Positions 30,853-43,007 of a stretch of 64,000 nucleotides of DNA are shown here, in pieces. Source of the DNA: an uncultured Gemmatimonadales bacterium (GTDB lineage Bacteria; Gemmatimonadota; Gemmatimonadetes; Gemmatimonadales; GWC2-71-9); contig CAVUAK010000001.1 of assembly GCA_963739455.1 (NCBI GenBank), positions 1,152,001 to 1,216,000 of the forward strand. The letters run 5' to 3'. Position numbers and translations under genes: made by a program. Position 1 is the first letter of the stretch, and every line of letters begins with the position of its first letter. Under the pieces are notes generated by a model that did no database searches, had not been told where the DNA came from, and worked only from the letters and a program-made list of their open reading frames with translations.

Positions 30853-31936
30853 ATGGATCACCGATTCAAACGCTGGCGCACGTTTGCCGGGGCCTTGCTC
30901 CTGCTGACGCTTCTCGTGGTCGTAGTTGGCAGCGCGCAATCCGATCCATTCCCCCAGAGCACACTCCGTCCCAAGGGCGATTTCGCCCAGATGGTGGACA
31001 AGCTCTTCCGCACCACGCTCTTCTGGGCCACCATCGTGTTCGTGCTGGTGGAGGGAGCGCTGATCTTCGTCATCTTCAAGTTCCGCGGCAAGCCGGACGA
31101 TCCGGAGCCGAAGCAGGTGCACGGCAACACGATGGTCGAGGTCATCTGGACTGCCATCCCGGCGCTGGTGCTGGCGATGATCGCGGTGCCCACCGTCCGG
31201 ACGATCTTCCGCACCTACGAGATTCCGAAGGGCGACGGCGTCCTGCAGGTCGAGGTCATCGGCCACCAGTGGTGGTGGGAGTTCCGCTATCCCGAGCTTG
31301 GCCTGACCACGGCGAACGAGCTTCACGTGCCTGTCGGCCGCACGGTTGCCCTCAAGATGGTAACGCAGGACGTCCTGCACAGCTTCTGGATCCCGGCCCT
31401 CGCTGCCAAGCGCGACGTCTTCGCCAACCGCAGCACGACGCTGTGGTTCAAGGCGGAGCAGGCCGGGTGACTACCCGGGCCAGTGCGCCGAGTTCTGCGG
31501 CCTCGAGCATGCCCGGATGGCGTTCCAGGTCATCGCGGAAGGCGAGCCGGAGTTCGGCGCCTATGTCGAGCGGATGAAGGCCACCGGCGTTCATGCTGCC
31601 CCGGCTGCACCAGGCGACAGCACGGCCCCGGCCGCGGTCGCCGCGGCGGCACCGGCCGGCGCTTCGGACACGACTGCCGGCGCGCAGCTGTTCATGATGA
31701 AGGGCTGTGTCGGTTGTCATTCGCTCGACGCCACCAAGCCAATGGGCATCGGCCCGAACCTCGCCGGTATCGGCCGGCGGCGGTTCATTGCGGCCGGCTG
31801 GCTGGAAGACACCGATGCGAACCTGGCGAAGTGGATCCAGCACCCGCAGGTGATGAAGCCCGGCGTGATCATGCCCGACCTGGGCGTCACGGACGCCGAG
31901 GCGCAGGCGCTGGTCGCGTACCTCCGGCAGCACTAG
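30853..31936 (+). CDS. coxB: Cytochrome c oxidase subunit II with fused cytochrome c (caa3 type); frameshift near 31465
   Basis: GHQWWWEF, DVLHSFWIP, CAEFCGLEH..M (CuA ligands), CVGCH heme c motif. Confidence 0.93.
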
Positions 31937-31965
31937 CCGCCAGAAACCACGAAAAGGCATCATCA

Positions 31966-33811
31966 ATGGCGACCTCTGTTCTTGACCATGCAGGCGCAGC
32001 CGGGATCCACCCCGAGAAGACCGGCTTGTGGGCCTGGATCACGACAGTAGATCACAAGAAGATCGGCATCCTGTACGGGGCGTCGGCGTTCATCTTCTTC
32101 CTGATCGGCGGGCTCGAGGCGCTGCTCATCCGCTGGCAGCTGATGAAGCCGGACAACAACTTCGTCTCGCCCGAGTTCTACAACCAGCTGTTCACGATGC
32201 ACGGCACGACGATGATCTTCCTCGCCGTCATGCCGCTGTCGGCGATGTTCTTCAACTTCTTCATCCCGCTGCTGATCGGCGCCCGCGACGTGGCATTCCC
32301 GCGGCTCAATGCCTTCAGCTACTGGGTGTTCCTGTTCGGCGGCCTGTTCCTCAACTCGAGCTTCCTGTTCAATGCGGCGCCGAACGGGGGCTGGTTCGGC
32401 TACGCCAACCTGTCGAGCAAGCAGTACTCGCCCGGCCTGAACATGGATTTCTGGGCCATCGGCCTGCAGATCCTGGGCATCGCGTCGCTGGCGGCCGGCG
32501 TCAACTTCTTCGTGACGATCCTCAACATGCGGGCGCCGGGCATGAAGCTGATCCGGATGCCGATGTTCGTCTGGATGACCCTCATCACGCAGCTGCTGGT
32601 GCTGCTGTCGTTCCCGGTCATCACCGTCGCGCTGATCCTCCTCATGTTCGACCGGCTCTTCGGCACCCACTTCTTCGTGCCGCTGGGTGGTGGTGACACG
32701 ATGCTGTGGCAGCACCTGTTCTGGGTGTTCGGCCATCCCGAGGTGTACATCCTGATCCTGCCGGCCTTCGGCATCATCTCGGAGATCCTGCCGGTCTTCT
32801 CGCGCAAGCCGCTGTTCGGCTACACCGCGATGGTGTTCTCGGGCTGCTTCATCGCCTTCCTCGGCTTCGGCGTGTGGAGCCACCACATGTTCTCGACCGG
32901 CATGGGGCCGATCGCAGACTCGGTGTTCTCGCTGGCGACGATGCTCATCGCCATCCCGACGGGCGTGAAGATCTTCAACTGGATGGGCACGACGTGGGGT
33001 GGCTCGATCCAGATGAAGACGCCGATGTACTTCGCGCTCGGGCTTCATCGCGATGTTCATCATGGGCGGCCTGTCGGGTGTCATGCACTCGGCGGCCCCG
33101 GCCGACCTGCAGCAGACCGACACCTACTTCGTGGTGGCGCACTTCCACTACGTGCTGTTCGGCGGCAGCATCTTCGCGCTGACGGCTGGCGCCTACTACT
33201 GGTGGCCCAAGATGTTCGGTCACATGCTCGACGAGGGCCTGGGCAAGGTGCATTTCTGGCTGATGCTCATCGGCTTCAACCTCACCTTCTTCCCGATGCA
33301 TATCGTCGGGCTCGAGGGCATGCCCCGCCGGGTGTACACCTATCCCGCCGGCCTCGGCTTCGAGTCGCTCAACCGTCTCGAGACCATCGGCGCGCTGATC
33401 CTCGGCTTCTCGTTCCTGGTGTTCATCTTCAACGTGATCAAGTCGACGCTGTCGAAGGTGCACGCGCCGGCCGATCCGTGGAATGGTGCAACGCTGGAGT
33501 GGTCGATCCCGTCACCGCCGCAGGAATTCAACTTCCCCGCGATCCCGACGGTGCACGGGCGTGATACCCTGTGGGAGGAGAAGCGGAGCCACGGCGGGAA
33601 GCTGCCGGAGCCGGCGCGGGTGAGCGGTGCGGACATCCACCTGCCCAGCCCGTCCTACTGGCCGTTCCTGGCCGCCGTGGGCGTGCTGCTGCTCTTCATC
33701 GCGCTCATGCACCATGAGGCCAAGTTCGGGCCACTGTACATCTTTGCCGCTGTGTCGGTGCTCTTCTTCAGCATTTTCAACTGGGTCTTCGAGCCGTTCC
33801 ACGAAGGCTGA
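31966..33811 (+). CDS. coxA: Cytochrome c oxidase subunit I (A1 type); frameshift near 33040
   Basis: DHKKIG, MHGTTMIF, GHPEVYILILP, WSHHMF, VVAHFHYV, GMPRR. Confidence 0.96.
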
Positions 33812-33835
33812 GCCGGCCCAAGGCCGAGGAATATC

Positions 33836-34423
33836 TTGGACGCACACGCGCTGCATCCCGCTACGTCGACCGGCATGCCGAACCGGAAGCTGGCGATCTG
33901 GACCTTCATCGGGTCCGAATGCCTGTTCTTCGCGTCACTGATCTCGGTCTACCTGGTCTACAAGGGCAAGAGCCTGGTGGGGCCGTATCCCCACGAGATG
34001 TTCGAGATCCCGCTGGTCACCGCCGGCACGGCGCTGCTGCTGTTCAGCTCCCTGTTCGTGGTGCTGGCGCTCAACGGATGCGAGCAGGGCAACCGGAAGA
34101 AGTTCCTCGGGTGGCTGGCCATGACCATCCTGTGCGGTTTCTTCTTCATCGGCATGCAGGTGTACGAGTTCACGCACTTCTTCCATGAAGGGCTGACGAT
34201 GCAGAAGAACCTGTTCGGCGCGAGCTTCTTCACGCTGACCGGGTTCCACGGCACGCACGTCACCATCGGCGTGATCTGGCTGATCTCCATCTTCATCGAG
34301 GGTGTGCGGGGGCACGTGCCGCCGGCCAAGGCCCTCAACTTCGAGATGGCCGCCCTGTACTGGCACTTCGTCGACGTGGTGTGGATCGTGATCTTCCCCG
34401 TCGTCTACCTGATGAACTCCTAG
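33836..34423 (+). CDS. coxC: Cytochrome c oxidase subunit III
   Basis: FIGSECLFF, FFTLTGFHGTHV, YWHFVDVVW. Confidence 0.93.
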   Translation: MDAHALHPATSTGMPNRKLAIWTFIGSECLFFASLISVYLVYKGKSLVGPYPHEMFEIPLVTAGTALLLFSSLFVVLALNGCEQGNRKKFLGWLAMTILCGFFFIGMQVYEFTHFFHEGLTMQKNLFGASFFTLTGFHGTHVTIGVIWLISIFIEGVRGHVPPAKALNFEMAALYWHFVDVVWIVIFPVVYLMNS

Positions 34424-34430
34424 AGGCATC

Positions 34431-34811
34431 ATGGACTCTTCCGCCCAGGCCCACGAGCACAACTTCCCCGAGCGCGCGGGGGAGTACGTCAAGATCGGCC
34501 TCGTGCTTTTCGTGCTGACCGCGATGGAGGTTGGCGCCTACGAGATCGCCCACCGCGAGGGTGTGCCGCTGCACGATTTCATGCACACGTCGCTTATCCC
34601 GGTGCTGATCGTGCTCTCGGCGATCAAGTTCGCGCTGGTGGCGCTCTTCTACATGCACCTCAAGTGGGACGGTCCGCTGCTCAAGGGGATCTTCTCCTTC
34701 TCGCTCTTCCTCGCCACGTTCGTGATCCTGGCGCTGCATGGCGCTGTTCATCTACGAGGGGAAGTTCTCGGCGTGGATTGGGCCGTTGACAGGAGCGACG
34801 TGAGGACGTGA
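34431..34811 (+). CDS. Cytochrome c oxidase subunit IV family protein; end uncertain
   Basis: LFVLTAMEV, KFALVALFYMHLKWD. Confidence 0.85.
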   Translation: MDSSAQAHEHNFPERAGEYVKIGLVLFVLTAMEVGAYEIAHREGVPLHDFMHTSLIPVLIVLSAIKFALVALFYMHLKWDGPLLKGIFSFSLFLATFVILALHGAVHLRGEVLGVDWAVDRSDVRT

Positions 34812-34828
34812 AGACGTGAGGACGTGAA
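34797..34828 (+). repeat. (GACGTGAR)x4 tandem octamer
   Basis: GACGTGAG GACGTGAA GACGTGAG GACGTGAA, directly before the terminator. Confidence 0.95.
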
Positions 34829-34859
34829 GAAGGGGGCCGGATGAATCCGGCCCCCTTTT
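34829..34859. terminator. Intrinsic terminator between the convergent cox operon and DUF423 gene
   Basis: AGGGGGCCGGA-tgaa-TCCGGCCCCCT followed by TTT. Confidence 0.8.
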
Positions 34860-34879
34860 GCATTCCCGACCTCGGTCAC

Positions 34880-34903
34880 CTCACGTCTTCACGTCTTCAC
34901 GTC
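34880..34903 (-). repeat. (GACGTGAR)x3 tandem octamer on the minus strand
   Basis: CTCACGTC TTCACGTC TTCACGTC; encodes the last residues and stop of the DUF423 gene. Confidence 0.95.
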
Positions 34904-35264
34904 CGGCCGCAAGCGCAAGACACGCCCATCCCGCGAGAAAGCAGATGCCGCCGAGCGGCGTGATTGCGCCAAGCGCGCGCACGCCACTGAGCGCCAGGGC
35001 ATACAGGCTTCCGGAGAAGAGCACCACGCCGGCGAGGAAGCACCAGGCGGCAACAGTCGCCAGACGGCCGGGCCAGCGATCCGCCACCCAGCCCGCCCCG
35101 ATGAGGGCGAGGCCGTGGTACATCTGGTAGCGTGCCGCGGTCTCGAATACCTGGAGATCTCCCGGCTCGAGCCGCGCCTTGAGGGCATGGGCACCGAACG
35201 CCCCGGCCGCGACCGCGAGGCCCGACATGGTGGCGCCGAGGGCTACCAGGTGGCGTGAGGTCAC
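34881..35264 (-). CDS. DUF423 (YgdD) family membrane protein
   Basis: [32 protein letters not shown]. Confidence 0.92.
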   Translation of the reverse strand: MTSRHLVALGATMSGLAVAAGAFGAHALKARLEPGDLQVFETAARYQMYHGLALIGAGWVADRWPGRLATVAAWCFLAGVVLFSGSLYALALSGVRALGAITPLGGICFLAGWACLALAAGREDVKT

Positions 35265-36178
35265 GACGCGGCGGGCGGCTCGATGCCGGCCGCGGAGACG
35301 GCCATGCCCATCGCGTGGTAGCCATTGTCGACGTACACCACGCTGCCGGTAATCGCGGCGGCGAGCGGGCTGGCGAGAAACGCCGCGGTGGCGCCCACCT
35401 CGGAGGCTTCCAACCGGCGCGGCAGCGGGCTGTTCGCCTCGGTGTAGCGGATCATGGTGTCGATGAAACCGATGGCGGTGGCGGCGCGCGAGGCAAGTGC
35501 CCCCGCACTGATCGTGTTGATGCGCACGCCCCAGCGGCGACCGGCCTCGAACGCGAGCGTGCGGGTGTCGGATTCAAGGGCCGCCTTGGCCGATGACATT
35601 CCGCCGCCGTATCCGGGCACGACCCGTTCGCCCGCCATGTACGTGAGTGACAGGAAGGAACCACCGGGTCGCATCATCGGCGCCAGGTTCCGCACGAGCG
35701 AGATGTTGCTGTAGGCGCTTACGCTCACGGCGGTGAGGTAGCCGGCCCGTGAGGTGTCGACGAGGGGCTTCCTGACCTCCGGTCCGTTGGCCAGGCTGTG
35801 CACCACGATGTCGAGGCCGGTATCGCCGAAATCGCGACGGAGGCTCGCGGACAGCCCCTCAATCGTGAAGTCACCCTGCTCCCTGTAGCGCTTGTTCTCG
35901 AGGATTTCGGGCGGGACATCGCCCATGGTGTCGTAGGCGGCATCGAGCGGATAGATCTTCTCGAACTCGAGCTTGCGGCCGTCACTCAGGGCCATCGACT
36001 CGTCCATCTTCCCGCGCTCCAGCATCTTGAGGAAGATGCCAAGCGCCGGGGGCCAGGTGCCCACGGAGACCAGGGCGCCCGCCTCGGCGAACGCCTTGGC
36101 AATGGCGAAGCCAAAACCGCCGTCGTCGGCGACACCTGCGATGAAAGCCCGCTTGCCGGAGAGATCGATGGGAAGCAT
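35261..36178 (-). CDS. fabI: Enoyl-ACP reductase (long, plant/chlamydial-like type)
   Basis: [51 protein letters not shown]. Confidence 0.92.
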   Translation of the reverse strand: MLPIDLSGKRAFIAGVADDGGFGFAIAKAFAEAGALVSVGTWPPALGIFLKMLERGKMDESMALSDGRKLEFEKIYPLDAAYDTMGDVPPEILENKRYREQGDFTIEGLSASLRRDFGDTGLDIVVHSLANGPEVRKPLVDTSRAGYLTAVSVSAYSNISLVRNLAPMMRPGGSFLSLTYMAGERVVPGYGGGMSSAKAALESDTRTLAFEAGRRWGVRINTISAGALASRAATAIGFIDTMIRYTEANSPLPRRLEASEVGATAAFLASPLAAAITGSVVYVDNGYHAMGMAVSAAGIEPPAAS

Positions 36179-36212
36179 GTGCGTGGGGTTAGGGTGAGGG
36201 AAAAATAGCCCC

Positions 36213-38784
36213 CTACTCCCCTCGAAGCACCTCGAGCGGCGCCAGCCGAACGACGTCGCGGCTGTTGAGGAGCCCGATCAGGGCGGTCCCGGCGACGACG
36301 AGCCCCCCGAGGAGGGCCATGCTCGCCGGCACCCCGAACGGCGACTCGAAGACCCACCGCGCGAGGGCCCATGCCGCGGCAATGGCGAGGCCCAGTCCCG
36401 TCACGGCGGCGATGAACCCCAGCGTCGCGTACTCCGCCACCACCACGCGGAGAATCTGGCCCCGGGTCGCGCCAAGTGTGCGGAGCAGGGCACCCTCGCG
36501 CACTCGCTGGTAGCGACTGGTCGCAACAGCACCGGCCAGCACCACGGCGCCGGTGATGAGGCTGAAGAGCGCCATGAAGCGGATGGCCAGTGTCACCTGC
36601 CCGACCAGCTTCTCGACCGCCGCCTGCACGTTCGAGATATCAACGGTGGTGAGGTTGCTGAACCGCTCGACGAGTTGCCGCTGGACCTGTCCCCGCTTCG
36701 CCGGATCATCGACCCGGGTGAGCAGCAGCGCGCTCTGCGGCGCCTTGTCCAGCACACCGGGACCGAAGACCACGAAGAAGTTGGGCTCGAAGCGGGCCCA
36801 GTTCACTTCCCGCATGCTGGTGACCTGGGTGACGATGGGGAGGCCTTGTACGTCCCAGGTGATCGTGTCGCCCAGGGTGACGCCGAGCTCGGAGGCCAGG
36901 CCGACCTCGACCGAGATGGGATAGGGTGACACCGGCGCCGCGCTTCCAGCCGTCCACCACTTCCCAGCCACGAGCTTCTCCGAGGAAACCAGGGTGTCGC
37001 GGTAGGTGGACCGATACTCGCGCCGGACGGCCCAGCCGGCTCGGCGCTGCAGGCCACCGGGGCCACTCGTCGTGGAGTCCACTTCCACCGAGTCGTCACC
37101 GGCGCGCAGCACCGGCCGCCCGTTGATGGCGCTGATGCGCATCGGCACGATCGGCACCGGTCCCATGAGGCGCAGCTTGTCCGCCTCGAGCAGTGCGGCA
37201 GCGGGCGCCAGCTGATCGGGCTGGATGTCGAGGATCACCAGGTTCGGCTTGTCTGCGCCACCGGAGAGATCGAGCTGGCGGAGCAGGTTGTGCTGGACGA
37301 GGTAGAGGGTCGCCAGCAGGAACGCGCCGAACCCGAGTGCCAGCACGACGGTGGTCGTCTGGTTGGCGGGACGATGCAGGTTGGCCAGGCCCTGGCGCCA
37401 CACATAGGGCCAGCGCGCGGGACTCCACCGGCGCACGGCGCGCGTGAGCCCCAGGCTCACGAGCCAGAGAACCAGGACCGCACCGCCCGCACCGAGCGAG
37501 AAATAGAGTGCCGTGCGCCAGTTCCCCACCTGCAGGGCGGTCAATGCCACGATGCTCAGCGCGAGCAGGGCCAACGTTGGCAGGGTGAGGGGATCGCGGC
37601 GCGAGGGCGACGGATCGACGTCGCGCCGAAGGGCAGCGAGCGGCGGGACGCGTCGCACGGAAAGAAGTGGCAGCAGCGCAAAGACGGTGCTGACCCAGAG
37701 CCCCACCGCCAGCCCGAGACCGATCGCGCGCGGTGAGGGCGCGGACGACACCGCAACCGGGAGGAAATCGCGCAGCAGGAAGGGAAGTGCCTGCTGGATG
37801 ACGATGCCACCGAGCACACCGATCACGCTGCCGAGCAGTCCCATGCCAGCGGCCTGGAGCAGGTAGACGGCGAACACCTGGCCCGAGGTGGCACCGAGGC
37901 AGCGCAACACGGCGATGGAGTCCAGCTTGCGCCGTATGAACACTGACACGGCGCTGGCGACGCCGAGCCCGCCGAGCAGGAGCGCCATGAGGGCGACGAG
38001 CCCGAGATAGTTGCCGAGCCGGTCGAGGGTCTCCGTAAGGTTGTTGCGGTCCTCCTCGACGGTCCTGATGCGCACGCGCTCGGCCCGCAATGGTGCGCGG
38101 AACCGTTCGGCGACCTTCAGGGCATCGGCGCTCGGCGGCAAGGCGCACGTACGCGGCGTACTCCGCGCGGGCCCCGACGCCGAGCAGATCGGTTGCCGCG
38201 AGGAATCGGTAGGGAATGAAGACGCGTGCACCAAATGCGGCGCGAATGCCCACGTCACCGGGAATGCTGGTCGTGACGCCGATGATGGTGAATCGCCCTT
38301 CACCGAGCGAGAGGGTGTCACCAACGTGTGCATTGAGCTGTGCCAGCAGCGTCGGCTCGACGATGACGAACGCGCCGTCGTGGAGGCGGCTCCACGCCGT
38401 GGCCGGCGCGGTGCCGATCTCGCCATAGAACGGATAGCCCGGTTCCGCCGCCGTGACCTGTACCAGCTGGGTCCCGGCGGTGCGCGCCACATAGGCCATC
38501 GCCGCGAACTGCGCGACACGCGCGACCGCGCCGCCGGCACCGATGGTATCGAGGACCGCATCGGCCAGCGGCGGAAACGGGCGCCGGCTTACCAGCGCCA
38601 GGTCGGCGCCAAGCAGCGAGCGCGCCTGGTCCTTCACCGAGAGCCGCAGGTTGTCGGAGAAGGCGTTGATCGCCACGAGGGCAGCGACGCCCACTGCGAC
38701 GGCCCCGGTGAGGACGAGGAGGCGACGCCAGGAGGCACGGCCTTCCCGTGCCGCCATGCGGAGGACGAAGCCCGTCGAGGTCAC
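36213..38784 (-). CDS. ABC transporter permease, YbbP-like (two FtsX domains); frameshift near 38135
   Basis: [49 protein letters not shown]. Confidence 0.88.
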
Positions 38785-39449
38785 GCGGCGGAATCGCTCG
38801 CGAGGACGCCGTCGGCCAGCCGGATGATCCTGCGCGCGCGACCGGCGAGGGCCAGGTCGTGCGTGACGAGCACGATGGTGGTGCCGTAGTCGCGATTGAG
38901 CTCGAGCATGAGCTCCACGATGCCGCCGCCGGTGGCGCTGTCGAGGTTGCCGGTGGGTTCGTCCGCGAAGAGGATGCGGGGGCGATTGACGAAGGCGCGG
39001 GCCAGCGCCACGCGCTGCTGCTCACCGCCCGACAGCTGGGCCGGGTAGTGATGGCTCCGCCCGGCGAGCCCCACGCGGGCAAGCAGCTCGCGCGGCCGTT
39101 CGTCATCAGCGCGACCGGACAGTTCCAGCGGCACCTGCACATTCTCCAGCGCCGTGAGCGTGGGGATGAGCTGGAACGACTGGAAGACGAACCCGACCTT
39201 TTCTCCCCGCAACCGGGCCCGCTGGTCTTCCGTCATGCCGCCGAGGTCGGCGCCCTCCAGGAAGACGTTGCCGCGGCTGGGGCGGTCGAGACCGGCGAGC
39301 AGGCCCAGCAGCGTCGTCTTCCCGCTGCCGGAGGGCCCGACGATGGCGAGGAATCCGCTGTCCTCGAGAGTGAACGTGATATCCTTCAGCACGGTAAGTT
39401 CCCGGCCGCCGGAGCGATATGTCTGGGTCAGTCCTTCACAGCGAAGCAT
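38781..39449 (-). CDS. ABC transporter ATP-binding protein, YbbA-like
   Basis: [30 protein letters not shown]. Confidence 0.93.
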   Translation of the reverse strand: MLRCEGLTQTYRSGGRELTVLKDITFTLEDSGFLAIVGPSGSGKTTLLGLLAGLDRPSRGNVFLEGADLGGMTEDQRARLRGEKVGFVFQSFQLIPTLTALENVQVPLELSGRADDERPRELLARVGLAGRSHHYPAQLSGGEQQRVALARAFVNRPRILFADEPTGNLDSATGGGIVELMLELNRDYGTTIVLVTHDLALAGRARRIIRLADGVLASDSAA

Positions 39450-39476
39450 GCGAATCCCGGGAGAACAGAAGCGCGA

Positions 39477-40169
39477 ATGATAGCTAGGTACGCTGCACTG
39501 GCTGTGCTGGTTGCAACACTCGGCTGTGGCCGTGAAAAAGAAGGCAGCCCACCCGCTGCAGCCGGGGTCGGCAGGCAGGATACGACCCAGGCGGCACCTG
39601 CAGTTGCCGTTCCGGTGATCATGTTCGTCGGTACCAGCCTGACGGCCGGCCTGGGGGTGGAGCCGGACCAGGCATACCCCGCGATCATCCAGCAGAAGAT
39701 CGACTCGGCCGGTCTTTCCTATCGGGTGGTAAACGCCGGCGTGAGTGGCGAGACTTCGGCCGGGGCGCTGCGACGCATCGACTGGCTGTTGCGCGATCCG
39801 GTGGCATTCCTGGTGCTCGAGACCGGTGCCAACGACGGGTTGCGCGGGCAGGATCCCGACTCGGTTCGGGGCAACATCCAGGCGATCATCGACCGGGTGC
39901 GTGCGACGCAACCGGCGACACGCATCGTCCTGGTCGGGATGAATGCCATGCCGAACCTCGGTCGCGCCTACGCTTCGCGCTTCGAGGCGATCTACCCGGC
40001 GATCGCCAGGGCCAATGGCCTGCCGGCGGTGCCGGCCCTGCTCGAGGGCGTGGGCGGTGTCGACTCGCTCAACCAGCCGGACGGGGTTCACCCCACGCCC
40101 GAGGGGCACAGGAGACTGGCCGCCAACGTATGGCAGACGCTGCTTCCGCTGCTCACCCCATCAAGCTGA
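39477..40169 (+). CDS. SGNH arylesterase/thioesterase (TesA-like) lipoprotein
   Basis: GTSLTAG, NAGVSGETSAG, GANDGLRG, DGVHP; divergent from ybbA as in the known tesA-ybbAP arrangement. Confidence 0.9.
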   Translation: MIARYAALAVLVATLGCGREKEGSPPAAAGVGRQDTTQAAPAVAVPVIMFVGTSLTAGLGVEPDQAYPAIIQQKIDSAGLSYRVVNAGVSGETSAGALRRIDWLLRDPVAFLVLETGANDGLRGQDPDSVRGNIQAIIDRVRATQPATRIVLVGMNAMPNLGRAYASRFEAIYPAIARANGLPAVPALLEGVGGVDSLNQPDGVHPTPEGHRRLAANVWQTLLPLLTPSS

Positions 40170-40715
40170 TCGCCTTTGCCGCCTCACTGCGGCGTGAGTC
40201 CCTGAACCGCCGGCTGCTCGCACAGGCAGTCGTCGCGGCGCGTGCCGCCGGGGCCACGGTGGATGTGCACGACTTTCGCGATTTCATATTCCCGGCCTAT
40301 GACGCGGACGTCCAGGTTGCGGAGGGGATCCCCCGGTCAGTGCAGCACCTTGGCAGGCTCGTGACGGGAGTCTGACGGCCTGCTGCTGGCGTCACCGGAA
40401 TACAACTACTCGATGCCCGGCACACTCAAGAACACGATCGACTGGCTCTCGCGAATCCGGCCGCATGTGGTGCGCGACCGATGGGCCATGCTGCTCTCCG
40501 CTTCCAACGGGCGCGTCGGTGGCAACCGCGGGCTCTGGCAGCTGCGCATACCACTCGAATCGATGGGCATGATGATTTTCCCTGACATGTTCTCCCTGGC
40601 ACTGGCCGCTGAGGCCTTCGCCGAGGACGGGACGCTGCGTGACCCGGCGCTGCAGGAACGCCTGTCGGTGATGACGGCTGCCTTCTGTGGCATGGTGGGG
40701 AAGGCGAGGGCATGA
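40130..40715 (+). CDS. NADPH-dependent FMN reductase; frameshift near 40372
   Basis: SLRRESLNRRL, SPEYNYSMPGTLKNTIDWLSR, GGNRG. Confidence 0.85.
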
Positions 40716-41906
40716 ACCGGCCACTGGTGGTGCTGCTCGTCGGCGCGCTGGCTTGCCGCGAGCCTGCGCCGGTACCGATCACGACGAATACGGTGGACAG
40801 TGCCGGTATCCAGGTCGTCACCTCCAGCGCGTCCGGCCTGGGGCGACCGCGCCCAGTGGAAGGTGGCAAGTAGTGCCACGCTTACCCTGGGCGGCGTGGC
40901 GGGCGACTCAGCGCTCGACTTCCTCGGCATCGTCGGCGCGAAGCGGTTCGCTGATGGCAGCCTCGTGGTGGCAAACGGGGGCACCGGTGAACTCCGCTGG
41001 TTCTCGGCCTGAGCGGAAAGCACCTCCGGACGGTGGGAGGACGCGGAACGACTCCCGGCAAGTTCGCCGTGCTCACGAACCTCTACTGGCTGGGCGATAC
41101 CCTGCTCGCCTGGGATGGTCGCGCGCGCACGATCTCACGATTCACGGCCGCCGGCGCGTTCCTGAACGTTGAGGTGCTCAGGCTCGCCGACAGTACGAGG
41201 GCGTTTGCGTGTCCTGGGCGCGTTTGCGAATGGTGACGTGCTCGCGGAAGCTGGCGCCCCACTGGAACTGGAGGGCCGCCAGCCAGGGTTCGTGCGACCG
41301 GGACGCAGCCTGTTCCGGTTCGGCACCGGGGGAGCGTCCGACAGCGTTGGTGTCCTGCCAGGCGAGGAGTTGTACTTCTCCAACCTGGATGGGCAAGCGA
41401 CGGTACGAGCAGTGCCCTTCGGGCTGGGCTCGCGACTGACCGTCCTGCCCGATGCCTTTGTCAGCAGCGAGGGCGACCGGCTCCAGCTGGAAGAGCGCGA
41501 TGCCGCCGGCCGGCTGCGACGCATCATTCGCTGGCCGGGGAGTCGCCTCCCGCTGCTGCCCGACGACATCGACCGCCAGGGACGAGTACTCCTTGGCAGT
41601 GCCAAGAGTGGTGTGCAGCGTGCACGGCTCGACTCGGCATGGCGTGCCAGCAGGAAGCCCGATTCGCTGCCGGCCATCATCGGGCTGGTGCCTGATCCGC
41701 TTTCCCTGGTGTGGGTACGCCGGGGCGGCCACGTCGCCGATGCCGACGCGCTCTGGTGGGTGTTCTCGAGGGATGGCGCATGGCTTGGCTCGCTGACCCT
41801 GCCGACGGCGGCGTCCCCGCTCGACATTTCGGACGAATGGATCGTGCTACGAACGGTGGATGAGGATCGCGTCGAGCGGATTGAGCTCCGGCGCCTGCGC
41901 CGCTAG
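40712..41906 (+). CDS. Beta-propeller-like lipoprotein; frameshifted
   Basis: MNRPLVVLLVGALAC...VDSAGIQVV; GGRG.TPG.F; WWVFSRDGAWLGSLTLP. Confidence 0.6.
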
Positions 41907-42442
41907 CGAATTCGCGGTGGCTCGTCGAAGTATGCGGCGAGCTGGGTGAGGTAGCGCTCGACGGGGCCGGCGTGGCCGGAGGTGAACTGTGAGATGAATC
42001 GCTGCGCCGTGCCCGGGATGGTGCCGCGTTCCGTGATGGTGAGATCGACGCCAGACGGCGCGCGGGCAATGGCATAGGTCCACTCGCTTGAGGGACCGTG
42101 TGCCTCGGTGATTCGCCCAGTCACCAGCCGCACCGGTGGAAGTTCCTCGAGGACCACGACCGTGGTTGCCCGGCCATCATCGCCGATCTCGCGCCAGACA
42201 TGATGTGATGCGGAGTCGGGCAGGTGCTCGAGCTGGATGATATCGCGCCGCCACGACCGGATGCGCACCGAGTCCGAGAGGGCACGCCACACCGCCTCCG
42301 GTGTGCGCGACAGCGTGAGGGTCCGCGTTACCTCATGCTGCTCCGGCAGGAGCAGCCCGCCCAGCATGACCGCCAGGCCGGCCACCAGCAGCACCAGTCC
42401 CGCGCCCGCGAGCCATCGCCTGAACAGCACTTCGATACGCAT
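41903..42442 (-). CDS. SRPBCC/polyketide cyclase-like protein
   Basis: N-terminal TM segment; TLSRTPEAVWRALSD...W, PPVRLV, WTY, LTITE.G. Confidence 0.75.
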   Translation of the reverse strand: MRIEVLFRRWLAGAGLVLLVAGLAVMLGGLLLPEQHEVTRTLTLSRTPEAVWRALSDSVRIRSWRRDIIQLEHLPDSASHHVWREIGDDGRATTVVVLEELPPVRLVTGRITEAHGPSSEWTYAIARAPSGVDLTITERGTIPGTAQRFISQFTSGHAGPVERYLTQLAAYFDEPPRIR

Positions 42443-42484
42443 GGGGCCGGAGAATGTCTTCCCCGGCCCCGGTTCACAAGCGCC

Positions 42485-42982
42485 CTACCGCGACGCGAGT
42501 GCCACCAGCGATCGAAGCTCCGCCTCGATGTCCGCCTGCGTAACCTGCACGGGAACGGTCCACCGCCCGTTCTCGACCTTCTTCGTCGGTACGCGGATTC
42601 CGCGGATATTCCCGTCGGCGATACTCACGAGCGCCGTGACGGACCCGTCGCCCGGGGCGCCGGTGATCACGATGACCCAGTCACCAGTCTCCGGCCAGGA
42701 CTGCCTGAGCGCATAGACACCATCGCGGTCGGTGCGCTCGAGCGTGAGCGGCAGTGTCGTGCGCTGGCCATTGACCAATCCCTCTGCGCGCGCCTCGACA
42801 ACGAATGAAACCGCCTGCTCGTGGTGAAAGGTGTGCACCAGGAGATACGCGCCCTGGGACGACTTGTTCATCGGGTTCGCCGGGAACTCGATGGAGAGCC
42901 AGGGCGGCCCGGCAAGGGCAGGCGACGCGGTTGCGGCAGCGAGCATGGCAGTGACAGCGAGCGACATCAGGGAGCGACGCAT
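42485..42982 (-). CDS. Secreted hypothetical protein
   Basis: Signal peptide, then GPPWLSIEFPANP; last gene of the ECF module. Confidence 0.65.
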   Translation of the reverse strand: MRRSLMSLAVTAMLAAATASPALAGPPWLSIEFPANPMNKSSQGAYLLVHTFHHEQAVSFVVEARAEGLVNGQRTTLPLTLERTDRDGVYALRQSWPETGDWVIVITGAPGDGSVTALVSIADGNIRGIRVPTKKVENGRWTVPVQVTQADIEAELRSLVALASR

Positions 42983-43007
42983 GGGACACCTCGGTGGCAA
43001 GGGGAGA

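Noticed and set aside
40373..41012. In-frame TGA in the FMN reductase (40373) and propeller (41010) genes as selenocysteine or readthrough
   Set aside because: In both genes the downstream coding sequence continues in a different frame, so an indel explains the stop.
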